Of a DNA stretch of 32,000 bases, positions 1 through 9,526 are shown one piece after another. The stretch spans positions 600,001 to 632,000 of the forward strand of contig NC_022093.1 in assembly GCF_000446015.1 (NCBI RefSeq), written 5' to 3'. The stretch's first letter is position 1. Every line of letters begins with the position of its first letter. The notes under the pieces are model-generated. The model saw nothing but the letters and a program-made list of their open reading frames with translations, ran no database searches and was not told where the DNA came from. Made by a program: the position numbers and the translations under genes. Source of the DNA: Thermofilum adornatum (lineage in GTDB: Archaea > Thermoproteota > Thermoprotei > Thermofilales > Thermofilaceae).

Positions 1-113
1 GCCGTGAACCTCGTCGTATATCTCCTTCTCGAATGTTAGAGGTGGAACCCGTCGTGTCATTGCCTAGCAATCTATTTATCGGAGTGCTGAATAATATTTT
101 TGGTGACACCATA

Positions 114-632
114 ATGAGTTACGAGTTTGACGACTGGTTCAAGAGAATAAGGAAAATGATGGAAGAATTTGACAAAATGTTCGAAGAAATGCTACGCGAG
201 CCGATGTACTTCAGCGGAGAGGGAAAAAGCGGAAAAGTCATTGGACCCTACTACTACGGCTTCAGCGTAGAGATAGGGCCTGACGGCGTCCCAAAGGTAA
301 GAGAATGGGGAAACATTAGACCCGGACACGTGAGGCCAGTAATCAGAGACACTATTGAGCCATTCACAGATGTGTTCGACGAGGGAGACCACTATAGGAT
401 AATTGTAGATGTGCCCGGAGTTGAAAAGGACAAAATAAACATCGAGGCCACCGAGCGGTCCCTCACCATAACTGCGAGCAATGACCGGAAATACTACAAG
501 GAAGTATCGTTTGCTGAACCTGTGAACCCCGACACGGCAAAGGCACAGTACAGGAACGGAGTCCTAACAATCACGATCGAAAAGAAAGAGAAAACCAAGA
601 AAGAAAAAGGAGTAAAGATAAAGGTCGAGTAG
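114..632 (+). CDS. hsp20: small heat-shock protein, Hsp20/alpha-crystallin family
   Basis: ORF 33..632 has an alpha-crystallin-domain pattern (DHYRIIVDVPGVEKDKINIEA ... AQYRNGVLTITIEKK). The ATG at 114 (MSYEFDDW) is preferred because an A/T-rich TATA-like box (AATAATATTTTT, about 89-100) lies just upstream. Position 33 is the longest-ORF alternative. Confidence 0.85.
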   Translation: MSYEFDDWFKRIRKMMEEFDKMFEEMLREPMYFSGEGKSGKVIGPYYYGFSVEIGPDGVPKVREWGNIRPGHVRPVIRDTIEPFTDVFDEGDHYRIIVDVPGVEKDKINIEATERSLTITASNDRKYYKEVSFAEPVNPDTAKAQYRNGVLTITIEKKEKTKKEKGVKIKVE

Positions 633-1907
633 CTACAGAGCTATTTTCAGCTCTTCCCCGATTTTTGGAACATATGTTTCTTTTCCAAGCTTCCTACTGA
701 GTTCTGCAAGTTTCAACGCTGACTCTTCTTCGCCGTGTACAAGCACCACTTTGGCGTCTTTCTTCGCCAAGCTCAGAGTTTTAACTAACTCGTCGTGCCC
801 ACAGTGAGCACTAAAGTCAAACCACTCTATTCTAGCCTTCACGGGGCCCCGCTTGGTTGGAGACGCATATATCCCAGTCTCGATAACTTGGCGGGCAGGT
901 GTCTCGGGTATTACGTAACTTACGAATATGACCGCATTCCGACTGTTTTCCATTATCTTCTCCATGTAGAATTCACTGGGACCCCCCTGCAACATTCCAG
1001 CTGGCGAGATGACGATGCCAGGCCCGGAGAGAATCTTTTTGCGGTGATCCCAGTCCCTAACTTTGATGGATTTCTCGACGGCTTTCTGGAATAGCTTCGG
1101 CTCCCTTAAGAGGTCGAGGTTTTCCATTATTAAGTCGTTTGCTGCACGTGCCATGCCGTCTACATATATGGGCACATCTATGTCGTATTTTGCTAGGACA
1201 CAGAGTATCTCCTGTGCACGCCCAATAGCGAAAACCGGTACAAATGCGATGCCGCCGTTACCTACAACCTCAAGCACCGTATTGATGAATGCCTTTTCAG
1301 CCTCTTCCCTCGGAGGATGGTTATACTCTGCATACGTAGACTCCATGATTATTAGGTCTGCTTTGGATATGTCGTTCGGATTGGCGCCTCTAAGGAGACA
1401 CGTGTCATGTAACGAGTAATCACCTGTATAGAGAATATTCAGCGACGGGGACTCTATCTGTATCATTGAGCTTCCAGGAATATGTCCAGCATCAATCATC
1501 TTGATACTTATATCATTTACCTCGAAGTATTCTCCATAGTTTAGAGAAACGAGATTATCAAGCATTTTTTCGACCTCAACTATCTCGTATGGAATGTAGT
1601 ATTTAGACAACTTCATAAAGTCCCGTATGAGGAGGTCGGACAATGTTGCCGTGAGAGGCGTAGAGATGAATGGAATGCTTCTTGATACATATAGGAGCGG
1701 CACGGCGCCACTGTGATCCAGATGTGCATGTGAAACTGCTACAGCGTCTAGCCTTTTTGGCGGGACTGGTAGCGGGAACTGGGGTTCTTCTCCCTCTATG
1801 CTTACCCCGTAATCAAGCAACAACTGTTTTTCTTCTATTCCTAGAAGTATAGCTGACCTACCAACTTCTCTGGCCCCACCGAGGAACTTCAAATTTACAT
1901 CAGCCAT
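633..1907 (-). CDS. beta-CASP metallo-beta-lactamase-fold ribonuclease (aCPSF2-like)
   Basis: 424 aa. N-terminus LKFLGGAREVGRS and the HxHxDH motif (SHAHLDHSGAVP). The size and the lack of N-terminal KH domains fit the short archaeal beta-CASP group. Confidence 0.8.
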   Translation of the reverse strand: MADVNLKFLGGAREVGRSAILLGIEEKQLLLDYGVSIEGEEPQFPLPVPPKRLDAVAVSHAHLDHSGAVPLLYVSRSIPFISTPLTATLSDLLIRDFMKLSKYYIPYEIVEVEKMLDNLVSLNYGEYFEVNDISIKMIDAGHIPGSSMIQIESPSLNILYTGDYSLHDTCLLRGANPNDISKADLIIMESTYAEYNHPPREEAEKAFINTVLEVVGNGGIAFVPVFAIGRAQEILCVLAKYDIDVPIYVDGMARAANDLIMENLDLLREPKLFQKAVEKSIKVRDWDHRKKILSGPGIVISPAGMLQGGPSEFYMEKIMENSRNAVIFVSYVIPETPARQVIETGIYASPTKRGPVKARIEWFDFSAHCGHDELVKTLSLAKKDAKVVLVHGEEESALKLAELSRKLGKETYVPKIGEELKIAL

Positions 1908-1946
1908 TTTTTAGCCCTAGACTTTCAGCCACTAATCTTTATTTTT

Positions 1947-3824
1947 ATGTTTAACTTTATGCCAAGAAACACGCGGAGCAAAACATTTTTTGCTACATTT
2001 TCAATGATACCAAATATGGCTTCGTTTGATAGCATTGCCTATAGCCTGTTCGGATGGGCTGGCGAAACAATAGTAAAAATGTTCCCCAACCTGAAAACAG
2101 ACATAGCTACCGCTGACATGAAAATATATCCACAAGCATATGCGGCTAAAGTTGTACTCTTCTCGCTACTAGCACTAGTCATAGGGTTCGTCTTCGACGT
2201 CCCAATAGCCCTCATTCTTTCGAGGGCTGGCGTGAATCTAGGAGGCCTCGTTGCAACGAGCATTTCTATTCCCCTGCTTCTGGCTGGAAGCGTTTTCGGA
2301 CTCGGACTTATCTATCCCAAAATAAAGCTGTCCAATAGAACCAGCAGGTTTGACCTAGAGGTTCCATACCTGTCTGTCTACATCACCGTCATGGCTACGG
2401 GTGGAATCTCTCCATACACGAGCTTTGAGAGGCTCGCAAAGGCGCCTCAAGTCCTCTTTGCAGAAATAAAGAAAGAGGCAATGAACTTCTTCCTCAAAGT
2501 CAAGGGCATGGGTCTAGACCCTTTGACAGCGATAGAGGAAAGCGCGAAAAATGTCCCACACAACGGCTACAAACAGCTGATGCTAGGCTATGCCGCGACA
2601 CTCAGGTCTGGTGGAGACGTTGTCCACTATCTTCAGCGCCAAACCGAGGTCATGCTTAGAGAGCGTGTCTCGCAGATGAAAGCAGTTGGCGAAAGGATTG
2701 GCGCATTAATGGAGTCCTACATGGCTATTGTACTGCTAACCTCGATGACAATGTATGTTCTCTACGTTGTAAACATGGCACTTGCACAGGCTGGGATGGG
2801 ACTAGCCGGCGGAGAAATGCAGTTCATAATGTTTTCTTATATATTGATGCCTATGCTCTCGGGAGTTTTCCTTTATCTAGCCGACCTCATGCAACCCAAA
2901 TATCCCATCTACGACACGACCCCCTATCTAGTCTACTTTGCGGTCGGCCTTCCTATCACCGGCTTCCTATTCGTAGCCATGGTTCTACCCTTCGCAGTAT
3001 CACCACCTCTCTCCACAATGCTTGGAAACATTTTCTCACCATTCGTGGCTATCGTCCTGGGAATCTCGAAGGCCCTTGGACTCAGCAAGGGATACGAGAG
3101 CGGAGTAGGCATGACTTTGGCACTTTCCCTGGGACTCCTGCCAGCAATGATTGTAGAGTCGCGATCCTCAATAAAGTTCGGCGGAATACAGTACGGAATG
3201 ACAAGGTTTCTCAGAGACCTAGTAGAAGTAAGGAAGACCGGTATGGCTCCAGAAAGATGCATCATAAACTTGAAGGACAGAGACTATGGTAAATTTACAC
3301 CATATCTCCAGGAAATGGCTAAACAGGTGGGCTGGGGAGTGTCATTACACAAAATATTTGAGAGGTTCTCAAGGGGCATGAAGAACTGGTTTGCACTTAT
3401 TTCCATGTTCTTGCTTGTCGAAAGCATAGAGGTGGGCGGAGGTACACCGCAGACCCTTGAGGCACTTGCAAGCTATGCCGAGACTCTTGAACAGGTAGAA
3501 AAAGAGAAGAGAGCTACCCTGCGTCCCCTAATGCTTATGCCGTACGTAGGTGCACTCATAATCACAGTGGTTGTCCTCATACTCGTAGAGTTCATGGGCT
3601 CAATGCTCAAGTTTGCCGGTACAGCTATCTCGACACCACAGCTCATTGGAATGTTCCTCCCGCCAGTAATCATAAACAGCTACCTCATGGGCCTAGTCGC
3701 CGGAAAGATCAGCGCTGAACGTGTAGGCGCAGGATTTAAGCATGCATTCCTGCTTCTCTTGGCAAACCTGGTCGCGATGATGATTGCGCCACAGATAACA
3801 GCAGGAATGATGCCGAAGCTGTAA
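1947..3824 (+). CDS. FlaJ/TadC-like polytopic membrane protein (type II secretion system F-domain family; archaeal type IV pilus/archaellum assembly platform)
   Basis: 625 aa with many hydrophobic segments. Two cytoplasmic T2SS-F-like blocks are present (YLSVYITVMATGGISPYTSFERLAK; GLDPLTAIEESAKNVPHNGYKQLMLGYAATLRSGGDVVHYL). The true start may be an internal Met. Confidence 0.65.
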   Translation: MFNFMPRNTRSKTFFATFSMIPNMASFDSIAYSLFGWAGETIVKMFPNLKTDIATADMKIYPQAYAAKVVLFSLLALVIGFVFDVPIALILSRAGVNLGGLVATSISIPLLLAGSVFGLGLIYPKIKLSNRTSRFDLEVPYLSVYITVMATGGISPYTSFERLAKAPQVLFAEIKKEAMNFFLKVKGMGLDPLTAIEESAKNVPHNGYKQLMLGYAATLRSGGDVVHYLQRQTEVMLRERVSQMKAVGERIGALMESYMAIVLLTSMTMYVLYVVNMALAQAGMGLAGGEMQFIMFSYILMPMLSGVFLYLADLMQPKYPIYDTTPYLVYFAVGLPITGFLFVAMVLPFAVSPPLSTMLGNIFSPFVAIVLGISKALGLSKGYESGVGMTLALSLGLLPAMIVESRSSIKFGGIQYGMTRFLRDLVEVRKTGMAPERCIINLKDRDYGKFTPYLQEMAKQVGWGVSLHKIFERFSRGMKNWFALISMFLLVESIEVGGGTPQTLEALASYAETLEQVEKEKRATLRPLMLMPYVGALIITVVVLILVEFMGSMLKFAGTAISTPQLIGMFLPPVIINSYLMGLVAGKISAERVGAGFKHAFLLLLANLVAMMIAPQITAGMMPKL

Positions 3825-3837
3825 ATGGGGTGTTTTT

Positions 3838-4389
3838 GTGGCTATACTCGTCACTGGAACACCTGGTGTCGGGAAGACTACCGTCTCGCTGGAGCTTGCA
3901 AGGAAGACAGGCAAAAACTACGTGGATATAGCTGAGATCGTAAAGAGGGAAAAATTTTACAAGGGCTACGATGATGCAACTGACTCACTAATAGTTGACA
4001 CGGCGAAGCTAAAGAAATACCTCCGAAATCTGTTGACATGCAACGAGGTAATCGACACACATGTCGTCGAGGCTGTGCCACAGGAAAAAGTAACACATGT
4101 CTTTGTCCTGAGGCTGGACCCAGTCCAGCTGATGAAGCGACTAGAGCAACGTGGATATAGGGCTTCCAAGATAAGGCTAAACGTTGAGGCCGAGATATTG
4201 GACAGTATACTTATAGATTCTGTCAAGCTTTTTGGGACAGAAAAAGTTTTCGAGATCAATACTACGGGTAAAGATGTTTCTGAAATTGTTCAAATAATAT
4301 ATAGTATTCTCCAAGGTAATGGTGAAGAATTTAAACCTGGAAACGTGAATTGGTTGCAAAAATATTATTTTCTTCTTGAACAACAATAG
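3838..4389 (+). CDS. Fap7/AK6-type putative adenylate kinase (ribosome biogenesis NTPase)
   Basis: GTG start. P-loop at the extreme N-terminus (MAILVTGTPGVGKTT). About 180 aa, typical of archaeal Fap7 homologues. Confidence 0.8.
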   Translation: MAILVTGTPGVGKTTVSLELARKTGKNYVDIAEIVKREKFYKGYDDATDSLIVDTAKLKKYLRNLLTCNEVIDTHVVEAVPQEKVTHVFVLRLDPVQLMKRLEQRGYRASKIRLNVEAEILDSILIDSVKLFGTEKVFEINTTGKDVSEIVQIIYSILQGNGEEFKPGNVNWLQKYYFLLEQQ

Positions 4390-4434
4390 GGGTCAATTTT
4401 AAATAGTAATCACCCCCACAGATTATGCATAGAG

Positions 4435-4872
4435 ATGGCGGGGAAAAATAGAGGGGTGGGAAGAGGCGGCGTAGGTCGCCACCTCATCGTAGAGATGTTC
4501 GAGTGCGATGGCAAGCTACTTGACAGTATCGAAGTAGTCAAAACTGCTCTTCTCGACGCAGCAGTAGCCTCAAACAGCACCGTCGTTGGATTCGACTTCT
4601 ACAGGTTTAAGCCACACGGTGTAAGCGGCTACGTGCTCGTAGCAGAATCCCATATCTCTATCCATACGTGGCCAGAATATGGATACGCCGCGGTCGACGT
4701 TTTTACTTGCGGCGAGCACACAGACCCATGGAAGGGACTAGAGATACTCAAAGAAAGGCTAAAAGCGAAAAAAATGACTATACTTTCAATTGACAGAGGG
4801 GTCGGCATAGAGCAATATGCAGGCTACTGGACACCGCAACCAGAGCAAAAAGTGCTGGCGAAGACTCCTTGA
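4435..4872 (+). CDS. speH: pyruvoyl-dependent S-adenosylmethionine decarboxylase proenzyme family (SpeH; could be the crenarchaeal arginine-decarboxylase paralogue)
   Basis: 145 aa. HLIVEMFECD and the self-cleavage context VAESHISIHTWPEYGYAAVDVFTCG. Confidence 0.85.
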   Translation: MAGKNRGVGRGGVGRHLIVEMFECDGKLLDSIEVVKTALLDAAVASNSTVVGFDFYRFKPHGVSGYVLVAESHISIHTWPEYGYAAVDVFTCGEHTDPWKGLEILKERLKAKKMTILSIDRGVGIEQYAGYWTPQPEQKVLAKTP

Positions 4873-4877
4873 GCCCC

Positions 4878-5768
4878 TCAACGCACCAATAAGTATGCCG
4901 CATTGAAGAGCGAGTGTAAAATATGAACAACTTTTTCTGATTCTTCTTCTGAAATACGCCCAGGCACACAAATCTCGATCACTGGCTGACTTCCTGTCAA
5001 ACACTCCGCTTCGCTTGGCTCATTCCCTAATCCCACACCGGATACTCCTAGTTGTTGAAGAAGTAGCTCCGCCAGGGTTCTGTGCTCCTGTGCGGCATCT
5101 CCTAGAAGCTTTATTCCCCAATTCTCACAGCATCGGAGAACAACTGTAACCACTGGGTTGAGCGTGGATATTTCCTGGAAGAGTTCCTGTAAAAATGGGA
5201 AACAAAGCGGGTCTTTAATGCCGTCCTCGCTGTAAAGAAAAACATCCACATTTTCGCCAGAGACTGTCATGACTACCTGGTTATAAAGTGGAAAACTTGT
5301 GGAAAGGTTTCTAAGCAGATCCTCTAGATCCCCTTTAGACAGCTCAACATTCGAAAACACAACTAGGAGATTACCATAGAGGTAGACCTCTTTCTGGCCG
5401 GCTGAATATATCTTTTGGCTTCTTTCCCGCAACTTCTCAATGCCCTCGGCAAGTGAAGAAAAATCCTCACCTAGAACCTTGGCTATCACGTGTTCAGCCC
5501 CTAGCACATTGCTGGGAACCCCAGATGGAACAAGCAGTATATGCGTGTCCCCGTCAAACCTGACAAGGGCATCACTAATTATAGTGGTCGTTGACAAACA
5601 TTGCCAGTCAACTCCGCCAACAAGAAAGATCACTGGCTTGTCTCTGTCTCCATACTCGAAAACCAAGGCTTTTTCTCCAAGCCAGTCCCAGTACTCCCTG
5701 AAAGTTTGGGCCTTCCTCGCTAGGACATCATACAAATGGCTGAGATTGCTCATAATCCACCACTGCAA
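4878..5768 (-). CDS. hypothetical protein
   Basis: 296-aa ORF that fills the gap between flanking genes. I recognise no motif. Confidence 0.5.
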   Translation of the reverse strand: MQWWIMSNLSHLYDVLARKAQTFREYWDWLGEKALVFEYGDRDKPVIFLVGGVDWQCLSTTTIISDALVRFDGDTHILLVPSGVPSNVLGAEHVIAKVLGEDFSSLAEGIEKLRERSQKIYSAGQKEVYLYGNLLVVFSNVELSKGDLEDLLRNLSTSFPLYNQVVMTVSGENVDVFLYSEDGIKDPLCFPFLQELFQEISTLNPVVTVVLRCCENWGIKLLGDAAQEHRTLAELLLQQLGVSGVGLGNEPSEAECLTGSQPVIEICVPGRISEEESEKVVHILHSLFNAAYLLVR

Positions 5769-5874
5769 TTCTTCTAGCGTGGTCTTTATATTTTAGCGTA
5801 TATCCAGGGCAAGAAAAAATCGCGCAATAAAACAAAAAATTTAAACCCCTCAAGATAATTTTCTTTTAGCCTTA

Positions 5875-5951
5875 AGCCCGGTGGTGTAGCGGCCAAGCAT
5901 GGCGGGCTCTGGCCCCGCAGATCCGGGGTTCGAATCCCCGCCGGGCTACCA
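5875..5951 (+). tRNA. tRNA-Gln: tRNA-Gln (anticodon CTG), CCA encoded
   Basis: The cloverleaf was folded by hand. Acceptor AGCCCGG/CCGGGCT, anticodon stem GCGGG/CCCGC with loop CT-CTG-GC, T-arm CGGGG-TTCGAAT-CCCCG, discriminator A plus CCA. A TATA-like AAAATTTAAAC lies about 30 nt upstream. Confidence 0.9.
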
Positions 5952-6029
5952 GCCTCTTTCTATATTCTATCCGAAAAACGATACATCTACGAGTTCTGTT
6001 TAGATAGTGGGAGAAAAGCCAGAAGATGG

Positions 6030-6117
6030 TGGTGCGGGGGCCGGGATTCGAACCCGGGCAGGCCAACGCCAGCGGAGCCTCAGTCCGCCCCCTTTGTCCT
6101 AGCTCGGGCACCCCCGC
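6030..6117 (-). tRNA. tRNA-Leu: tRNA-Leu (anticodon GAG), class II with long variable arm, CCA encoded
   Basis: The reverse complement reads GCGGGGGTGCCCGAGCTAGGACAAAGGGGGCGGACTGAGGCTCCGCTGGCGTTGGCCTGCCCGGGTTCGAATCCCGGCCCCCGCACCA. Anticodon stem GCGGA/TCCGC with loop CT-GAG-GC. Confidence 0.9.
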
Positions 6118-6220
6118 CAGTAAAAAACTAAACAACCCAGAAACCTATAAGATTTTCGCATGCCCACAGTTTTGGGCAAAAGGTAATATTATAGCTGTGT
6201 TGTTAGATAATGGGTAAGAT

Positions 6221-6802
6221 ATGTCTGAGAAAAATGTGTCTGGCAGGCTTCCAGTCCCGTTTGACCAGTCCAAGATAGGCCTCCTTATAGGCAAGGACGG
6301 GACAAACAAGGCGAGGCTAGAGGAAGCATTCAATGTCAAAATTGAGGTTAAGCCAGAAGAGGGCATAGTCTACGTGGAGCCACGTGAAGGCGCAACACTA
6401 TACAACGTCTACGTGGCAGAAAAGGCCTTAAAGGCTCTTTCCATAGGCTTCAGTATTGACGACGTGTTGCTCTTGAAGGACGACGTCTATGACCTAGAAA
6501 TCATAGACCTAGGAGAAGTGGCAAAAAACCGAGAAGACTTGTTGCGCATAAAAGCCCGGGTGATAGGTACCGGGGGACGCTTCAAGAAGGCCCTAGAGGA
6601 CATGACTGGCGCAAAGATCGCTGTAGGCGAGAAGCAGATCGGAATAATTGGTGACTTTGAGCAAAACAAGCTCATCAAGGATGCTTTGACCAGGCTAATT
6701 GCTGGCCAGAGCCATCAAGCAGTGATGAAGTTTTTGGAGCGATACAGCTTTGAACTTAAGAGGAGGAGGATGGAGCTTTGGGAACGTATACAAGGGATGT
6801 GA
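6221..6802 (+). CDS. KH-domain RNA-binding protein (Dim2/Pno1-like)
   Basis: 193 aa with two KH GxxG loops (IGKDGTNKARLEE; VIGTGGRFKKALED). It lies directly upstream of a RIO kinase, a common archaeal pairing. Confidence 0.75.
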   Translation: MSEKNVSGRLPVPFDQSKIGLLIGKDGTNKARLEEAFNVKIEVKPEEGIVYVEPREGATLYNVYVAEKALKALSIGFSIDDVLLLKDDVYDLEIIDLGEVAKNREDLLRIKARVIGTGGRFKKALEDMTGAKIAVGEKQIGIIGDFEQNKLIKDALTRLIAGQSHQAVMKFLERYSFELKRRRMELWERIQGM

Positions 6803-7535
6803 CTTGAGTTTTAAAGACTCGTCCGTTAGGGAAGTCCTAGAAGACGTTTTTGATCAGAAAACAGTTCTGGCTGTTGTTTATCTAATGAATAAGGGAATTC
6901 TCTCCAAGCTCTACGGCACCGTCTCAACAGGTAAAGAGGCCAGGGTCTACTGGGGGAAGGGCAGAAACGGTGAAGACCTCGCTGTCAAGATATACCTGAT
7001 TGTGACTGCTGAATTTAGGCGTGGTAGACTGAAATACATAGTTGGAGACCCTAGGTTCCAGGGTGCAAGCCTCAGGGGTAGGGAACTTATTTATCAATGG
7101 GCTAGGAAGGAGTATAGAAACCTAAAGAGGGCAGTGAGCTTCGGCATCCCTTCTCCAAAGCCAATAGCCGTACATGAAAATATTCTTGTCATGGAGTTTA
7201 TAGGCGAGGACGGGGTTCCCGCGCCACTCTTGAAGGATACAACACTGCGGGACCCCGAGAAAAGCTTCCGCGAACTTAAAGGGATAATAGAAAAAATGGT
7301 TCTAGAGGCTGAAATTATACACGCTGACCTGAGCGAATACAATATACTTGTCAAAGAAAACGATGAACTAGTCATCATAGATTGGGGGTCGGCTGTACTT
7401 ACGTCGCATCCAAATGCACGTGAATTTCTCCTCAACGACATAAGAAATGTCTACAGGTTTTTTAGAGAAGAGCTTGGCGTAGAGACAGGCTCCCCAGAAG
7501 ACTTCTATAACTACCTGGCTATACGTATTAAATGA
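6750..7535 (+). CDS. rio1: RIO1-type serine/threonine protein kinase
   Basis: STGKEARVY signature, VMEFIG hinge, HADLSEYNILV catalytic loop and IDWGSAV. The start is uncertain: ATG 6750 overlaps the KH gene by 53 nt, and TTG 6804 just after the KH stop is an alternative. Confidence 0.85.
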   Translation: MNLRGGGWSFGNVYKGCDLSFKDSSVREVLEDVFDQKTVLAVVYLMNKGILSKLYGTVSTGKEARVYWGKGRNGEDLAVKIYLIVTAEFRRGRLKYIVGDPRFQGASLRGRELIYQWARKEYRNLKRAVSFGIPSPKPIAVHENILVMEFIGEDGVPAPLLKDTTLRDPEKSFRELKGIIEKMVLEAEIIHADLSEYNILVKENDELVIIDWGSAVLTSHPNAREFLLNDIRNVYRFFREELGVETGSPEDFYNYLAIRIK

Positions 7536-8940
7536 TTTCCAGCAAGTGTTTAATTTTGTCCCTGCTTATTAGGGCGCCGCCAGCCGCCGGGTGCCCGCCG
7601 CCCTCGAAGCCAATTTTCCTAGAAAGCTCCTGGAGCGTCCTTCCCACATCGATGTCTTCCGTTAACCTGCGGAATGAAACCTTGTACTTGTCCTCCGAGA
7701 ATGGGACTGCCACGCCGAGCATCTTCTTTGATTTTACTCTCTGCGACACAGCATAGGAAAGAATACTTGCCAGGGGGCCAGAATACTTTGGCGTAGCCTC
7801 TTCAAGCACCACGAGCACAGTGTCCCTTCCTTGTAGAGATATCTCGTCGAACTTCTCGTGGGCAAGCGAGAGAAGCTTTGCTAGCTCTTTCCTATAATTC
7901 TTCGCTATGTCTATGGCCCTTATCAAGTGGGTCCCCCTGTCTCCCAGGTTTATGGCTAGGGCTGTGCCATACGCGTCGAGCCTTCCGAGTGCATTTAGCA
8001 ACGAAGAATACTCGCGTAGATCCCGCAGCGGGCTTTCAGGCTTCTCGGTCAAAAGGTAGTAGTTGTAGCCACGGATCCTCTCCACAATCTCCTGTGCCTC
8101 TTTTGGCGAAACATCATGATCCCACACCAAGTATTTGACAAGCCCTGTTACAAGTATTGATACCTCTTCGCCACTCAATGAGCCCACAGTTCTAAGGTTG
8201 TCACCGTTTTTCGGCTCTATACCGATGTTACGCAAGAAATTGTAGCAAGCGGTCTCGTTTCCTGTTAGACCCGGGATAAAGGGATCCATCGTGCTTGCAA
8301 GTGCCTGTACAAGTGGTCGACTTGACCCGCCGAAGAGTCTTAGGCCTATTCGAGCTTCGATTTTTCCCTCTTTAACAGCCTCGTCCAAGACCTCTCTATT
8401 TATGCCCTTGAAAGAGCGTTTTTCACCGTTGTCTAGCCTATCGCCGAGAGCCCCCACAATGGCAAGGTGAACTAGGCTTTTTACCTCCTTGTAGTCTCTG
8501 AGAAAATAATAGGTAAGGGTAGATGAGCTGGTTTCCTCTGACCCGTTTATGCCGGCTAGATAGGGATTTATCTCGACTATTTTGTCGGTGTCCTCAGGGG
8601 CGGAAGGTATATGGTGGTCTATGACGAATACCTTGTGTTTGTCCCCGATTCTTTCCCTGATTAGGTTCTTGTATCCGCTACCAAGGTCGAGAAAAACAAC
8701 GTAGGAATAGTTCTCAAACGGTAGCTGAGCAAGCGTCTCTGGATAGACCTGTTCAACAAATGTCGCGTGGAAAGGTACATCATTTTTCTTCAAAAAATAT
8801 GCCATTAGTGAAAAAGAGCTTAGCCCGTCCGCGTCGTAATGTGAAATGATGAGTACTTGGTCTTTCTCGCGTCTTACCTCTTCAACGAATGAACGGAAAC
8901 GACTCTTCAGGCTTTCAAGCGATGCTTGCACACTCAACAA
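7528..8940 (-). CDS. DHH/DHHA1 phosphoesterase, RecJ/Cdc45(GAN)-like
   Basis: 470 aa. DHH motifs ISHYDADGLSS, FLDLGSG and FVIDHHI, plus C-terminal GGGHPAAGG. Confidence 0.8.
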   Translation of the reverse strand: MLSVQASLESLKSRFRSFVEEVRREKDQVLIISHYDADGLSSFSLMAYFLKKNDVPFHATFVEQVYPETLAQLPFENYSYVVFLDLGSGYKNLIRERIGDKHKVFVIDHHIPSAPEDTDKIVEINPYLAGINGSEETSSSTLTYYFLRDYKEVKSLVHLAIVGALGDRLDNGEKRSFKGINREVLDEAVKEGKIEARIGLRLFGGSSRPLVQALASTMDPFIPGLTGNETACYNFLRNIGIEPKNGDNLRTVGSLSGEEVSILVTGLVKYLVWDHDVSPKEAQEIVERIRGYNYYLLTEKPESPLRDLREYSSLLNALGRLDAYGTALAINLGDRGTHLIRAIDIAKNYRKELAKLLSLAHEKFDEISLQGRDTVLVVLEEATPKYSGPLASILSYAVSQRVKSKKMLGVAVPFSEDKYKVSFRRLTEDIDVGRTLQELSRKIGFEGGGHPAAGGALISRDKIKHLLEII

Positions 8941-8976
8941 TAACCCCGTTACAAAATAACGCGGAATTTTTTAGGT

Positions 8977-9423
8977 TTAGGTGTAGAGCGCTACCTTGGA
9001 CGGGTCGTATTTCCAGTCTGGGGGGAGTATGCCCTCCCTCTTATAGTACTTTGCAAGTCTGTGTATCTTGCTTTCTATTAGCTGTAACCCCCTCTTTGAG
9101 TGATAGTCTTTTGGATGCTCGTCGAGGTGCTTCCTTACCCTTACGGCTCTTTTCATGAGGTTGAGGAGATCTTCAGGGATTTCTGGCGCGAGTCCCCTTT
9201 CCCTAAGTATCTGCAGGACGCTTTTACCGGTAACAGCTTTTACAAGGGGAATGCCGTATTGGTCGCGGAGGATAGTGCCGATCATTGATGGTGGATAACC
9301 CTTCCTGTGGAGGGAGACGACTAGCTCCTCTACCTCTTCTGGCCTCATTTTTATCCATTCTGGTTTTTCGAGGCGTGCGGGTCTAAGGGAGCCAGACCGG
9401 CCCTTCTCTTTACTCTTCCTCAT
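8977..9423 (-). CDS. rps15: 30S ribosomal protein uS15 (S13e-type)
   Basis: 148 aa with full-length resemblance to archaeal S15 ([29 protein letters not shown] ... [20 protein letters not shown]). Confidence 0.9.
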   Translation of the reverse strand: MRKSKEKGRSGSLRPARLEKPEWIKMRPEEVEELVVSLHRKGYPPSMIGTILRDQYGIPLVKAVTGKSVLQILRERGLAPEIPEDLLNLMKRAVRVRKHLDEHPKDYHSKRGLQLIESKIHRLAKYYKREGILPPDWKYDPSKVALYT

Positions 9424-9526
9424 TGTAATCCCAACTCTATTAACAAAAACTGTTTAAAAGAGTTTCGGTTTTGCATGGGGAGACATGCAAGACAAATATT
9501 AAATGTTTTTCAACCACAAATTATCG

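Noticed and set aside
6118-6220. A search for box C/D sRNAs or other ncRNAs in the tRNA-flanking and other intergenic gaps (5769-5874, 5952-6029, 6118-6220, 8941-8976, 12228-12366, 17511-17571).
   Set aside because: No RUGAUGA/CUGA box pairs were found. Only short hairpins (e.g. GCCCA-CAGTTT-TGGGC at about 6162-6177) and TATA-like boxes are present, which promoters and terminators explain.
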